Both the position numbers and the translations under genes were made by a program. The notes beneath the pieces are model-generated. The model was not told the DNA's origin and searched no databases. It saw nothing but the letters and a program-made list of their open reading frames with translations. From Laetmonice hystrix (lineage: Eukaryota), in NCBI GenBank assembly GCA_965235115.1, contig OZ249436.1, positions 50,222,001 to 50,286,000 on the forward strand: a DNA stretch of 64,000 nucleotides, in the 5' to 3' direction. Below are positions 1 through 11,613 of the stretch, in pieces; the stretch's first letter is position 1; each line of letters begins with the position of its first letter.

Positions 1-1160
1 CTTGCTGCAGCCGGGTGCTGGCATCATTGCAAAGATGGCAGCCGAGAACATCGCATACAGATCGTGCACGAGGGGAGACGGGGCCAAGAGTGTGCACCAT
101 TGTAATACTAGTAGGCATTCTAGTTTATTACGGTAGGGAGGGAACAGTCTGCAGACATCTTATCTTTAGGACGCTGCCGTATTTGCATGGACTTCAAGCA
201 TAGTGTTTGCCCTGTAATCTATGTCCTACTGCATTCAAACGTTTAGTTTAACTTTAGTCCAAGGCCTATATTTTTCATCTAATTTCACATTTTCCTACTA
301 GGCCTAGTAAGCCTACTACTAGGTCTAAGATGTGACTTTCAAAGCTTGTCTTCTAGGGTAGCAAAAGCAAGCGTCAATTGCTAATGTTAATCCTTACCCA
401 GAAACAGTGGCGTAACTAGGTTTAAATCTGGTTTAAACGATTACATTTTAGCCTCGCATAAAGTATTCCCCTTCTTTAAATTTATTGACTAGATTTCGTG
501 TAAATTACATGTCAAATGGGCTATCTTTTTCATACATCTTGTACCTATATTAATTACTCAATTAATGGTAGAAAGAGGGACTGTATGTCCACGATGGTAA
601 GTAGGACAGAGATCGTGGTCAATATAATAGCATGTCTGTGTTTGTTTTGACGTCAGTCAGGCTGAACATATGGCCAGATGATGGCAATCAGTTATGTCTG
701 TTTGAAGCGGCCATAATGCCTAGACGTAATAATGTCCCTCTTCCTAAAAAAAACTAATAATGACGACAATAACTGTTGGAAAAATACCAAATACCAAACA
801 GATCCAAACTGGTGAGGCCTATACTCGTTGAACGTTTGGGGTCTATATCTATCCCTTTTGTGATCAAATCTAAAGCCAGGGAATGAGGGTGACTGTGTGT
901 CGAGAATTAAATTGAATAAGACCTCCCACTGCCGAGTAGATTATTGCTAGTGCAAAGACACTTCTTTATGTAATCTGTACATTGAAATTTTCTTCTTTTA
1001 TTAGGTAGCCGATAGGTTCCCGTTGTACATGGAATGGACAACCGTTTGTATACGGAATGCGTAACGAGAAAACGAAGACGTCCGAAAAAGGTAGATTGAG
1101 CCGGATCTACATAGAGAGAAGGTGGTATTAGAAATCAGGGATCTCAGCCGCTACGTGACG

Positions 1161-2030
1161 ATGAAGGCAATCCTGGACTCATACTTGGAAGGTGTTCCAC
1201 CCCTCTCTTACTTCTTCTCACACATGAGTTCGTTCATCGACTGGTGCGAGCCAAATTACAATTCCATGAACGGAGTCGTCGAACTCTTCAATGCAATCAG
1301 CAACATTCCTTTCTTTTTCATACCATTACTGATGCACATGCTGATGAGAGAGTACTGTGCTTACAAAGGCGCCAAAATTGTCATCATATGGATATTGATT
1401 ATATTCGTCGGAGTGTCATCGACAGTATTTCATGCAACTCTTAGCTTTGGAGGACAACTTCTAGACCAGTTATCGGTACTTTGGTTAATAGTAGCTGCGA
1501 TGATTGTCTGGCTGCCACAGGCGTACGTCCCTACTGTCTGCAAGCGTCACCCTCGTACAACATTATGTGCAGTGTATGGCGCCACCCTGTTCGTCTCGAC
1601 GTTTGCCTGGCTCACGCCTGTTGTATATGGCACAGTTATTTCGTGTCTGGCGGCGCCCATTACTCTCGTGTTAGTCTGTGAGATGAAAAGATGTGAGTCT
1701 ATGCGTGCCTATGGACTGGGTCTGCGTATACTTGTCACCTTCTTCAATGGATCATTGTGCTGGCTAGGAGACCGATTTCTCTGTGATGCCTGTCTCGAAG
1801 TCGGTTTCCCCTATTTACATACACTATGGCATATTTTCATTGCCTGCACTGTCTACCAAGTCTGCGTTCTCTTCGCGTATTTCGATGTTGTTTCGTTAAT
1901 GCCTGACAGGCCACCGGTTATCAAATATTGGCCGGTAGATGGCGGCATGGGTGGCCTCTTGTCTGTGCCATATGTCCGAATGCCCAAGACAATATTAAGA
2001 ACATCTGGTCGGTCCGTTACGATGGCTTGA
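1161..2030 (+). CDS. ACER: Alkaline ceramidase (CREST superfamily, ACER1/2-like), intronless CDS, 289 aa
   Basis: Single ORF with DWCEPNY, ELFNAISN, SSTVFHATL, QLLDQL, CWLGDRFLC and PYLHTLWHI motifs plus multiple hydrophobic TM segments. First ATG at 1161. Probable 5'UTR acceptor (ttattag) at 1004. AATAAA at 2620. Confidence 0.93.
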   Translation: MKAILDSYLEGVPPLSYFFSHMSSFIDWCEPNYNSMNGVVELFNAISNIPFFFIPLLMHMLMREYCAYKGAKIVIIWILIIFVGVSSTVFHATLSFGGQLLDQLSVLWLIVAAMIVWLPQAYVPTVCKRHPRTTLCAVYGATLFVSTFAWLTPVVYGTVISCLAAPITLVLVCEMKRCESMRAYGLGLRILVTFFNGSLCWLGDRFLCDACLEVGFPYLHTLWHIFIACTVYQVCVLFAYFDVVSLMPDRPPVIKYWPVDGGMGGLLSVPYVRMPKTILRTSGRSVTMA

Positions 2031-3412
2031 TGTTAAAAGCATAATAGGCCTACTTGAATCGAAGAATTGGTATATCGACAGCGAACCTTCTAAAAACAAC
2101 TAAAAACAATTCAAACTAAAACTCGATCATACGATTTAGACGGACTCAGTTATGTAGCCTAGATCAATATCTGTCGTCTATAAAGTTGAAAGACATATTT
2201 ATGGCCACATTCTATATTAAAGAATGGTCCCATACTCTTGCTGCAAATATGAACGTGTCGAGGGTTATTTTTTGCAACCCTAAAAACCGGAAGTCAGTTG
2301 GTCACTCCAAGCTCCATCACTAAGTGTCACTAAGGCCTACTGATATCAAAGGGACGTGATATCCTGGTAGAATACATGTGATTTACAAATACAATAGCAT
2401 ATATTCATATATCCAATGTCGGCAAGAATTTCCTTACTGTATAGGCCTATATACTGATACTCCAATTTCATCAAAGCATACCAGGTGTGGTCGTCGATCC
2501 CATACAAAAACTGATGCAATACCATTCGAGTCAATTAATTACATATTTTCCCGAAACTTGCATGCATTAAATCACCTGATTCATTATTTTCATTTAGGTG
2601 TTCAGGTGGTATCGCCGTCAATAAAACGTATTAAAAACTAGCACTGGATGATGTGTCTATCTCTGTTCAGTTTTAATACCTGAAATATAGATCAGGCCAA
2701 TGTGCCACGGACTTATTGAGCCTATCACTATGACAATGTCATTGTGCAAACAAGAAAAGCCTTGCACCCGTCGGAACCAAACTAGGGAATCGTCAAACTA
2801 GAAGTAAACTATGATTAATTAAATTTTGTTCATTTCATATAGTTGGACTCTTGGAGATGGTCGTGTTTCAGGTGTTAAATATATACTTAATGGAACATGA
2901 TCCTACCTTTTTCCAATGCTCATATCCTGTGCTGGGCGGGACAAAAATGTACACACTTACTGCTATACCAGTGCCATATAGCCTAGCTTAACCCATTCAG
3001 TGCTGGACTGTAATTCTTTCCGATCGCTAGGCCCCTATAGCATTACGAGTATCGGTCTCAGGGAACATTACGTAACTAACCCATATTGATATGAGTACCT
3101 ACCCGAGTACTGACGCGTAATTATACCAAGATTAATAACATAACTGGTCGTTGTTTTTTTAAATTTTGCTGCAAAATTTCATTTCACTTTTCACAAAACT
3201 AACCTCATTTTGTAATGCTCTAAGCCCTACTGACCACTTAAGTAGTTTTATATGTCCCACCGCAGTTATTATCCCATCCATTTCTTCTAAACACTATTCT
3301 TCTGATTGTTCCTGCAGACTAATGCTATATTTCGGTTATCTATAAAGCTATCGTGATGAAACTTGCAGGGAACATTGAACAGTGTGTGACTTCTGGCAAC
3401 TCTGACAACTCT

Positions 3413-4105
3413 GGCCGGTTTCGAGGCTGATGATACAAGGGTGCAGTGATCCTGGGGCCGGGGTTCGATTCTACGGAGCCCTGTTGGAGACATGAATAGA
3501 AAATATTTTGTGGTGATTTCGAAATTACCACTTAGTGACGTCATTAACTCGTTATTACGACTTAATGACGTCACTATAACTGGTAATTTCGAGATCACCA
3601 CACAATTTTTTCTCTGAAACGAACGTGATTAACTAAGGGTTTAAACGTGATTTTCAAGTGTGTGGCCCCAGATCACAACACGAGGACCGAGACGGAACGT
3701 CGAGGTCCGAGTTGTTGTTCTCTATAGAGATCACTGTTGTTCTCTATATAGAGAGTGCACGGCTAGGAACTCGTAGAACTGGTTGCACTCGTAATAACGA
3801 CTTAATGACGTCACTATAAGTGGTAATTTCGAGATCACCACAATTTTTTTTCTTTAAAACAAATGCGATTAACTCGTAATAACGATTTAGTGACGTCATT
3901 AAGTCGCAATAACGAGTTAATGACGTCACTAAGTGGTAATTTCGAGATCACTACAATTTTTTTTTTCTCAGAAACGATTTTTTTCTTCATATCCCCAACA
4001 GGGCTCCGTACGATTCCACTAGAGGACTATACAACTTTTCTCTTTCCGGACATTCTCAAAGTAACTGGGTTACGCCTGATACCCGTGCGTTTAAAAAAAT
4101 AAAAA
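3413..4105 (+). mobile_element. tRNA-derived SINE interrupted by a DNA element (SINE parts ~3413-3471 and 4017-4105)
   Basis: B-box GGTTCGATTC(C) and A-rich tail. The joined halves match the uninterrupted copy at ~32690-32813 (minus). Confidence 0.7.
3472..4010. mobile_element. Non-autonomous TIR DNA transposon, IS3EU-like termini
   Basis: TIRs TACGGAGCCCTGTTGG...CCAACAGGGCTCCGTA, long subterminal inverted repeats, and a 6-bp direct repeat CGATTC on both flanks. Confidence 0.8.
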
Positions 4106-4484
4106 TCCTCTTCAGCTGTATTTAGGTCAGTGACCTGTCAGCTGTTCTTGGCTTTCTTCATAAAGTAGGTCTCGAACATTACACTTGTTGATGTCTTTTT
4201 GATGATGAACTCTGTAGGAGGTGAACGCGCATGCGCCCATATCACAACTCATTTAACTATAATTTCTTTTTGTAGAATGATGTAACCACCACTTGTATAA
4301 GATTGTACATGTATTTATAAGCACTGTACGAATAAATTCATTTTGGCGCAAACGCATGCAAAGCTCCGCTAAACCGTTCGGTTCATCTCTGACCGACAGG
4401 TGGCACTGTTGTCAGATGATTCTGTGCGCCATCTGGTACCGTAGTTTGACTCCTGCATGGCGGCCTTCACGATATGTACATAGT

Positions 4485-4577
4485 CCTCCAGTAGGGGCCT
4501 ACCTTGGGATATATAGACCTCCAGTAGGGGCCTACCTTGGGATATGTAGACCTCCAGTAGGGGCCGACCTCGGGATG
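4485..4577. repeat. Short ~33-bp tandem repeat, ~3 copies
   Basis: cctccagtaggggcctaccttgggata repeated. Confidence 0.8.
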
Positions 4578-5394
4578 CTTTTAATACTTCTTTCGATGGA
4601 TATGGACACACCGGGGAAATACAGAATTAGGCCCTATATTTATTTACGACGCCTCTAGATGCTCTTTTATGCTAATTAACCCCGAAGTATAAGCCTTAAA
4701 TTGAGCCGCCTTTGAGTAGGTCCATGCGTGCTCTTGCGATACTTAGAGCATGTCATCCGATGTCAAACGAGGTCGAGACTCATTTTGTCCACTGTATAGA
4801 TGCAACATGGGCCTCATGAGCGTCGGTTAAGACGAATAATTTCAAAAGCCGTCACTTGGTGTTAATGATAGGCTAATAGCCTAATTGCATGCTAATTTCT
4901 GTGCACGCTGCAGAAATCGGCAGTTTCGGAAATAGCGTGGCTGCCCCAACAGCAGCACGTAGGCCTACGAGTTACAATATCCTGTGTTTAACTTTGAGTG
5001 ACTCTCGCCCCTCCCCATTTGATGGAAATGTAATTAAAGTGGGCCTAAGCGACTGCCCCCTCCCCCCGTCTCCCGGCGATTAGAGTTAGTGTAGTTTCGC
5101 CCCGGAAACAACCCATTTGTGCAAGTACAGGTAAATCTCAACTCTATCCAGTGCCTCTCGAGCCAGGTAGAGTTTTAATAATACGTCCCTATGTCACATG
5201 TATAATTGTCGACCGTTAAGACACTAAATATAAGCTTAAGTCCGACTGTCGCAGTTGAAAATTTCACATCTCCCCCCCCCCCCCCAAATATAGGTTATAT
5301 ACGACAATTCTATTTATTTTTATTTTTTACCCTTTATTACAGGTATACAGTAATTACAGTCCAGTAATTTAACCTGGCCGGAAATTGCAAAAGA

Positions 5395-6665
5395 AATACC
5401 AATAGGCCTACCTGCTGCAAGCATTGACCAAGACCTGTATTTGTTATACCAGTAGGCCTACCTGCTGCAAGCATTGACCAAGACCTGTATTTGTTATACC
5501 AATATACCTGCAGCTGCAAGCATATTGACCAAGACCTGTATTTGTTATACCAGTAGGCCTACCTGCAGCTGCAAGCATATTGACCAAGTTCTGTATTCGT
5601 TATACCAGTAGGCCTATCTGCAGCAAGCATTGACCAAGACCTGTATTTGTTATACCAATAGGCCTACCTGCTGCAAGCATTGACCAAGACCTGTATTTGT
5701 TATACCAATAGGCCTACCTGCAGCAAGCATTGACCAAGACCTGTATTTGTTATACCAATAGGCCTACCTGCAGCAAGCATTGACCAAGACCTGTATTTGT
5801 TATACCAATAGGCCTACCTGCAGCAAGCATTGACCAAGACCTGTATTTGTTATACCAATAGGCCTACCTGCAGCTGCAAGCATTGACCAAGACCTGTATT
5901 TGTTATACCAATAGGCCTACCTGCAGCTGCAAGCATTGACCAAGACCTGTATTTGTTATACCAATAGGCCTACCTGCTGCAAGCATTGACCAAGACCTGT
6001 ATTTGTTATACCAATAGGCCTACCTGCAGCAAGCATTGACCAAGACCTGTATTTGTTATACCAATAGGCCTACCTGCAGCAAGCATTGACCAAGACCTGT
6101 ATTTGTTATACCAATAGGCCTACCTGCAGCTGCAAGCATTGACCAAGACCTGTATTTGTTATACCAATAGGCCTACCTGCTGCAAGCATTGACCAAGACC
6201 TGTATTTGTTATACCAATAGGCCTACCTGCTGCAAGCATTGACCAAGACCTGTATTTGTTATACCAATAGGCCTACCTGCAGCAAGCATTGACCAAGACC
6301 TGTATTTGTTATACCAATAGGCCTACCTGCTGCAAGCATTGACCAAGACCTGTATTTGTTATACCAATAGGCCTACCTGCAGCAAGCATTGACCAAGACC
6401 TGTATTTGTTATACCAATAGGCCTACCTGCAGCAAGCATTGACCAAGACCTGTATTTGTTATACCAGTAGGCCTACCTGCAGCTGCAAGCATATTGACCA
6501 AGACCTGTATTTGTTATACCAATAGGCCTACCTGCAGCAAGCATTGACCAAGACCTGTATTTGTTATACCAATAGGCCTACCTGCAGCAAGCATTGACCA
6601 AGACCTGTATTTGTTATACCAGTAGGCCTACCTGCAGCAAGCATTGACCAAGACCTGTATTTGTT
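5395..6665. repeat. ~50-bp minisatellite, ~24 copies
   Basis: Unit ccaataggcctacctgcagcaagcattgaccaagacctgtatttgttata, near-identical copies with no unique spacers. Confidence 0.97.
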
Positions 6666-6843
6666 TTCATTCAGTATAATTACAATCATGCCAATAGGTG
6701 TATACTATTGGGGGGGGATTCCATTGTTATTTGTTTTTGAACCACACTCCACGTCGAACATCCTTTATGCAGCATTGTCTGAGTCCGGCGTCCGCCAAAG
6801 ATCTGTTCAGGAAGAAGCCTAATCATGGGGGCCAGCTACAGCT

Positions 6844-7863
6844 TCACCTGCCGCCAGGCCCAAAGCGGAACGGCCTGGGAGCGCGGATGGAACCCCGCCC
6901 ATACGACTGCCTCGACATCTCGACTAACCTCTCGATGAGGGCGTTAAAACTGCCGCGGTCATCTAAAACAAAGGAATTCTTCATTCATCGTTCAAACATG
7001 AAATTCTGACATTGTGTTGCTGAGGATAAAAGGAAACTGTTTAAGGAATTTAACATGCCGTTTTAAATTATACTATATACTTCGTTGTCTTAGAAAATTA
7101 TAGAAATTATAGAAATTATAGAAAAATTAGTCGATAGCAAGCTAAAGTATGACTGTAGGTAAGGTGTTGCATGCCTTCAAACTAAGAGTTGATCAATATA
7201 GTATTCATCGCTCGTATTCTAGCAAAGTTAATGACGGGCCTCTAGAAAAGGCCTAGACTTACACTGGCCTGAAGACCGGCCTCGTCTCTTTATCGGTGGG
7301 CCTATATCGGGGAGGCCTAAATGGTCGCCGCGAACGAATACAACATTGTCTGAAATTTTAAAAATCTCCAGTGTTGATCTAACCAATAGACAAGGAGATA
7401 ATCCGAGTGGGCCATTCACATGCACAAAATTAAACAAACATAAAGAAATATAAGTATTATTTCGCAATCTGGACATTAGGCTAAACAGTCGGGCGGAGAG
7501 GTGTGTAGCCTAGCTATCAGTCTACAAAGATTGGCGAGGACAACCGCGTAACGAAGAATGGCGACGAACCAATTGTTTGATCTAGGCCCAATATACAACA
7601 ACAGCATAGATATACTTTATAGACTAGCCTACCTTTGTGCTTCAATTACCAGGTCTAAACGTTTCCGAAGGTAACTTCTGAGACCACTTACCTTGCATTG
7701 GTGCATTTAGGTTAGTTGCAACTTCTCTTTCTGTATTTAAAATGTTCTGATAGATCCTATCTGGTCGGTTGTCCCTGTTGTTGATGTAAGAACCCAACGA
7801 GCAGGTTCCAGTTGCTGATAATATTATGACTATTATGATGGCCAGGTTGATACGAATAAGCAT
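6844..7863 (-). CDS. Putative secreted neuropeptide precursor, 96 aa; exons complement(7692-7863, 6844-6962)
   Basis: Exon 1 has an aaaATG start, hydrophobic signal peptide (MLIRINLAIIIVIILSATGTCS) and a CAAG|GTAAGT donor. Exon 2 has a tttgttttag acceptor, is phase-compatible, and ends QSYGRGSIRAPRPFRFGPGGR-TGA (Gly-Arg amidation signal). Confidence 0.72.
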
Positions 7864-8295
7864 TTTGTCGGAGTTTCAATGACGCTGAATGTACGCCTAG
7901 TCTGTTGCTGAAGTTCCGTGCCCGTTTCAAGTGAGGAGAGGCCTATGCCTATATAGGCCCTAGGCAATGGCGTCTACCCATCATGCCTGTATGGAAAACG
8001 ACGGGACGAAACGATTCTCGAACGCGCATTACTCTGTGACGATATACCCTATATCAGACGATGTGAACTGTTAATTGTGACAATGACTATATGGCTACGA
8101 TAAGTGCACTTAATGATCACCTGGCGTTTCACCTGGTCCCATGTGATTAGGTGTGATATACAAAGTTAACACTTTCACTCTACATCATTAGACCTAAATA
8201 TGAGAGTCAGAAACAGGAGAACCCTTGTATGCTGGAACCATCCCCGCCGCTGAAAGTTCAGGGAGAAGTCATGTCGGCTTGTAGTCGCTACGATC

Positions 8296-8465
8296 GATCT
8301 TTGCCAGTGGTCAAACCTTGGAGTAGATCCAGCTAAGATCCCTTGAAAAGCCAGATCAACCCTGTGAAACTTTCATCTATTTTCACGATCTTTGCCAGTG
8401 CACGGTCAAACCTATAGGAGTAGATCCAGCGATCCCTTGAAAAGCCAGATTATCCCCGTGAAACT
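8296..8465. repeat. Tandem duplication of ~90 bp
   Basis: cgatctttgccagtg...ggagtagatccagc...gatcccttgaaaagccagat occurs twice. Confidence 0.8.
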
Positions 8466-9029
8466 GGGGTGGGACCATAAGACCAATCCTCTATGGGTTA
8501 GAGGTAAGGTTAGGCCTATGTTTAGGGTTAGTTATATTTGGTTTTAGGCTAAAGTGAGCTGTCGGACAATATCGACCTAGAGCATGAAACTTAGATCTAG
8601 ATCTAGAAAATCTATGCATCTACTTTTACCGAATGAACTTAAATGTTGCCACCAAAAAAGTATAATAGTAGATAATAGACCTCTTATACAAATATTACAC
8701 GACAGAAAGTGTTATATTTGTTTTATTTTATGACTGCCGCACTCTATGTTTAGGCCTATTCTATAGGATGTCTCGTACTCCAAAGAAAGGCCTGGGCCTA
8801 TCAAACCAATACCAAATGGCAGGCTAAGCTATAATGGTAGGTCTTAGGGAACCTTAAATTGATATACTCCTCGTCCTTCTTTCTTTCGTTCTTTCTTTTC
8901 TTTATTTTTATCCTTTTTTATAGCCAAAACAAAGGAGCAAAAGGAGCCAAGCGGCAAAAAAGCAACATAATCCCACGTTGAAGATAAAAACATTATTTTC
9001 GCTGGGCTGTCAGCAATGCTTACTACCAG

Positions 9030-10062
9030 GTAGACTAGCCTCGGCTCTAGGCCTAAATGACTAGGCTAAGTGGTTGGGGCGGGCCACTCCAGCTTACCGG
9101 GTAGACTAGCCTCAGCTCTAAATGACTAAGTGGTTGGGGCGGGCCACTCCAGCTTACCGGGTAGACTAGCCTCAGCTCTAAATGACTAAGTGGTTGGGGC
9201 GGGCCACTCCACCTTACCGGGTAGACTAGCCTCAGCTCTAAATGACTAAGTGGTTGGGGCGGGCCACTCCAGCTTACCGGGTAGACTAGCCTCAGCTCTA
9301 AATGACTAAGTGGTTGGGGCGGGCCACTCCAGCTTACCGGGTAGACTAGCCTCAGCTCTAAATGACTAAGTGGTTGGGGCGGGCCACTCCACCTTACCGG
9401 GTAGACTAGCCTCAGCTCTAAATGACTAAGTGGTTGGGGCGGGCCACTCCAGCTTACCGGGTAGACTAGCCTCAGCTCTAAATGACTAAGTGGTTGGGGC
9501 GGGCCACTCCACCTTACCGGGTAGACTAGCCTCAGCTCTAAATGACTAAGTGGTTGGGGCGGGCCACTCCACCTTACCGGGTAGACTAGCCTCAGCTCTA
9601 AATGACTAAGTGGTTGGGGCGGGCCACTCCACCTTACCGGGTAGACTAGCCTCAGCTCTAAATGACTAAGTGGTTGGGGCGGGCCACTCCAGCTTACCGG
9701 GTAGACTAGCCTCAGCTCTAAATGACTAAGTGGTTGGGGCGGGCCACTCCACCTTACCGGGTAGACTAGCCTCAGCTCTAAATGACTAAGTGGTTGGGGC
9801 GGGCCACTCCAGCTTACCGGGTAGACTAGCCTCAGCTCTAAATGACTAAGTGGTTGGGGCGGGCCACTCCACCTTACCGGGTAGACTAGCCTCAGCTCTA
9901 AATGACTAAGTGGTTGGGGCGGGCCACTCCACCTTACCGGGTAGACTAGCCTCAGCTATAAATGACTAAGTGGTTGGGGCGGGCCACTCCACCTTACCGG
10001 GTAGACTAGCCTCAGCTCTAAATGACTAAGTGGTTGGGGCGGGCCACTCCAACTTACCGGGT
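9030..10062. repeat. 60-bp minisatellite, ~17 copies, each with GGGGCGGGCC
   Basis: Unit gtagactagcctcagctctaaatgactaagtggttggggcgggccactccagcttaccgg. Confidence 0.97.
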
Positions 10063-10238
10063 CACGTTCATCGTTTGATGAAAATCCCTCTGGCGTACTA
10101 ACGCAAAACTATAATCAATCGTATGCACTGACACCTAGCGTTTTAACTCGAAATTAATTCGATTAGTAGGGGCTAACTCGATTATGGCCTAAATGGCCAC
10201 AGACATAACTTATAGTCATAAGCCTACCTTTTTTGTAC

Positions 10239-10379
10239 TCCCGCTAGGGGGCCGGGGTGGTGCCCCCTGGCGGCGGCGGAGTGAGCCGAGGAATAGTTTA
10301 GCTGTCGTTGAGATGTCGAAGGAAGCCACCAGATAGGTTAGCTGCCAGTGTCAACTTGGGTCAATCGAAGTGAAACTTG
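10239..10379 (+). promoter_or_regulatory. Probable NAA35 promoter and non-coding first exon with CTCF-like motifs
   Basis: GC/CpG-rich patch, a donor-like TG|GTAAGA at 10380, and an acceptor just before the NAA35 ATG (tttcataag, 11594). Confidence 0.4.
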
Positions 10380-10887
10380 GTAAGAGTCCGTAATACTGCC
10401 CAAGTGCAGATGAATGCACGGTTCTAGTAGAACACGAAAAGATCATCATGACCTTGGTACAAACTAGTGGTACTGTGTCCTCTACCTGTGTTCACTGAGC
10501 GTGCCCTGGGCGATAATAGGAGTAGGACATCTCCAGTGCTGTGATGTCTGATTGACACTGGCCAACATGGCCAATGTCTCACCCCAATACTGGCAATAGT
10601 AATACTACGCTGTCGTTCTGGGTCGATGGAGAGTCCGTAGAAAAATATTCAGATCCCTTCAAATAAAGAAACGGCACCAATTCTTATCTCTAGTCTATGA
10701 GTATAGATCCACATGATTACCAGGCAGGATTTGAATTTAGGGAATTTTTTCTAGGATCCATGCGAGATCCTAAAATTTAATCAATTCTGATTTCTTTTTT
10801 ATCCTGCCTCAGCTTCTGGGATTCCGTCTCCTCCCCCAGAACTGTCAGGAATATCACAAAATAGGGATTGCCTGCGATACAGTGAGC

Positions 10888-11056
10888 CTGGAGTGTGTTT
10901 CAATATCAAAACTACAAAAGATATCTTTGCCCAAGATATCTTTGCCAAAGATGTCTTTTGAACTAGTGCAGTCTGGATGGGGAGAGAGCGAGTGTTTCAA
11001 TAAAAACTAGCGAGGTTTTCAAAGATATCTTTGGGCTTTATTGAAATGCACTCCAG
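10888..11056. mobile_element. Small hairpin element / MITE
   Basis: ctggagtgtgtttcaata ... tattgaaatgcactccag inverted termini with internal caaagatatctttg palindromes. Confidence 0.55.
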
Positions 11057-11613
11057 ACCCCGGGGTAGGATCCCCTACTATAGTGGTCACAGCACACACA
11101 CCAGGGCCTACACCAGTACCCCCCACCCCAGCACTTCGGCCGCCGAGGGTGTGACTGAGTGATGGCCCACCAGACAGCTGCGCCAGAGGGTCAGCGTTGT
11201 AGCTGGCTGCGGCCCGGCCAAGTCGATGTAGCACAAAGTGGGGCGCACAGCACGCGTGGCTATCGCCATCACCTCTGGCAACCCTCGAGAACTTAGGATC
11301 CCTGTCGGGATCACAAAATCGTAGAAATCTGAGAGTTTAACCATGCCGAAGCCAAATCCAGGATCTGCGGGATTCGCAGCCTGATCACGTCCTGTAACAC
11401 CGACTGGAGTGGTGTGTACAGTTTAGGAAATGATGTGCTGCTTCTATAATATATTACGTGAATTTACGGTTTTGTAACTGCCGTGACTGCGTGTGTGTGA
11501 CAGAATGGTTGCCACAGTGATGCATGCAGGGTAGACTAGGATATTTCACCCCGAACTCTTACTTAGAAATATTATTTTGTTTTTGTTTCATAAGAAACGA
11601 GAGCTTCACAAGA

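Noticed and set aside
5395..6665. CRISPR-like appearance of regular repeats (also 9030-10062, 27878-28283, 47360-49358)
   Set aside because: Head-to-tail units with no unique spacers, no cas genes, and a eukaryotic context.
7950..7956. TATA box for the peptide gene
   Set aside because: TATATA is present, but the spacing to initiator-like motifs is not canonical; not supportable without TSS data.
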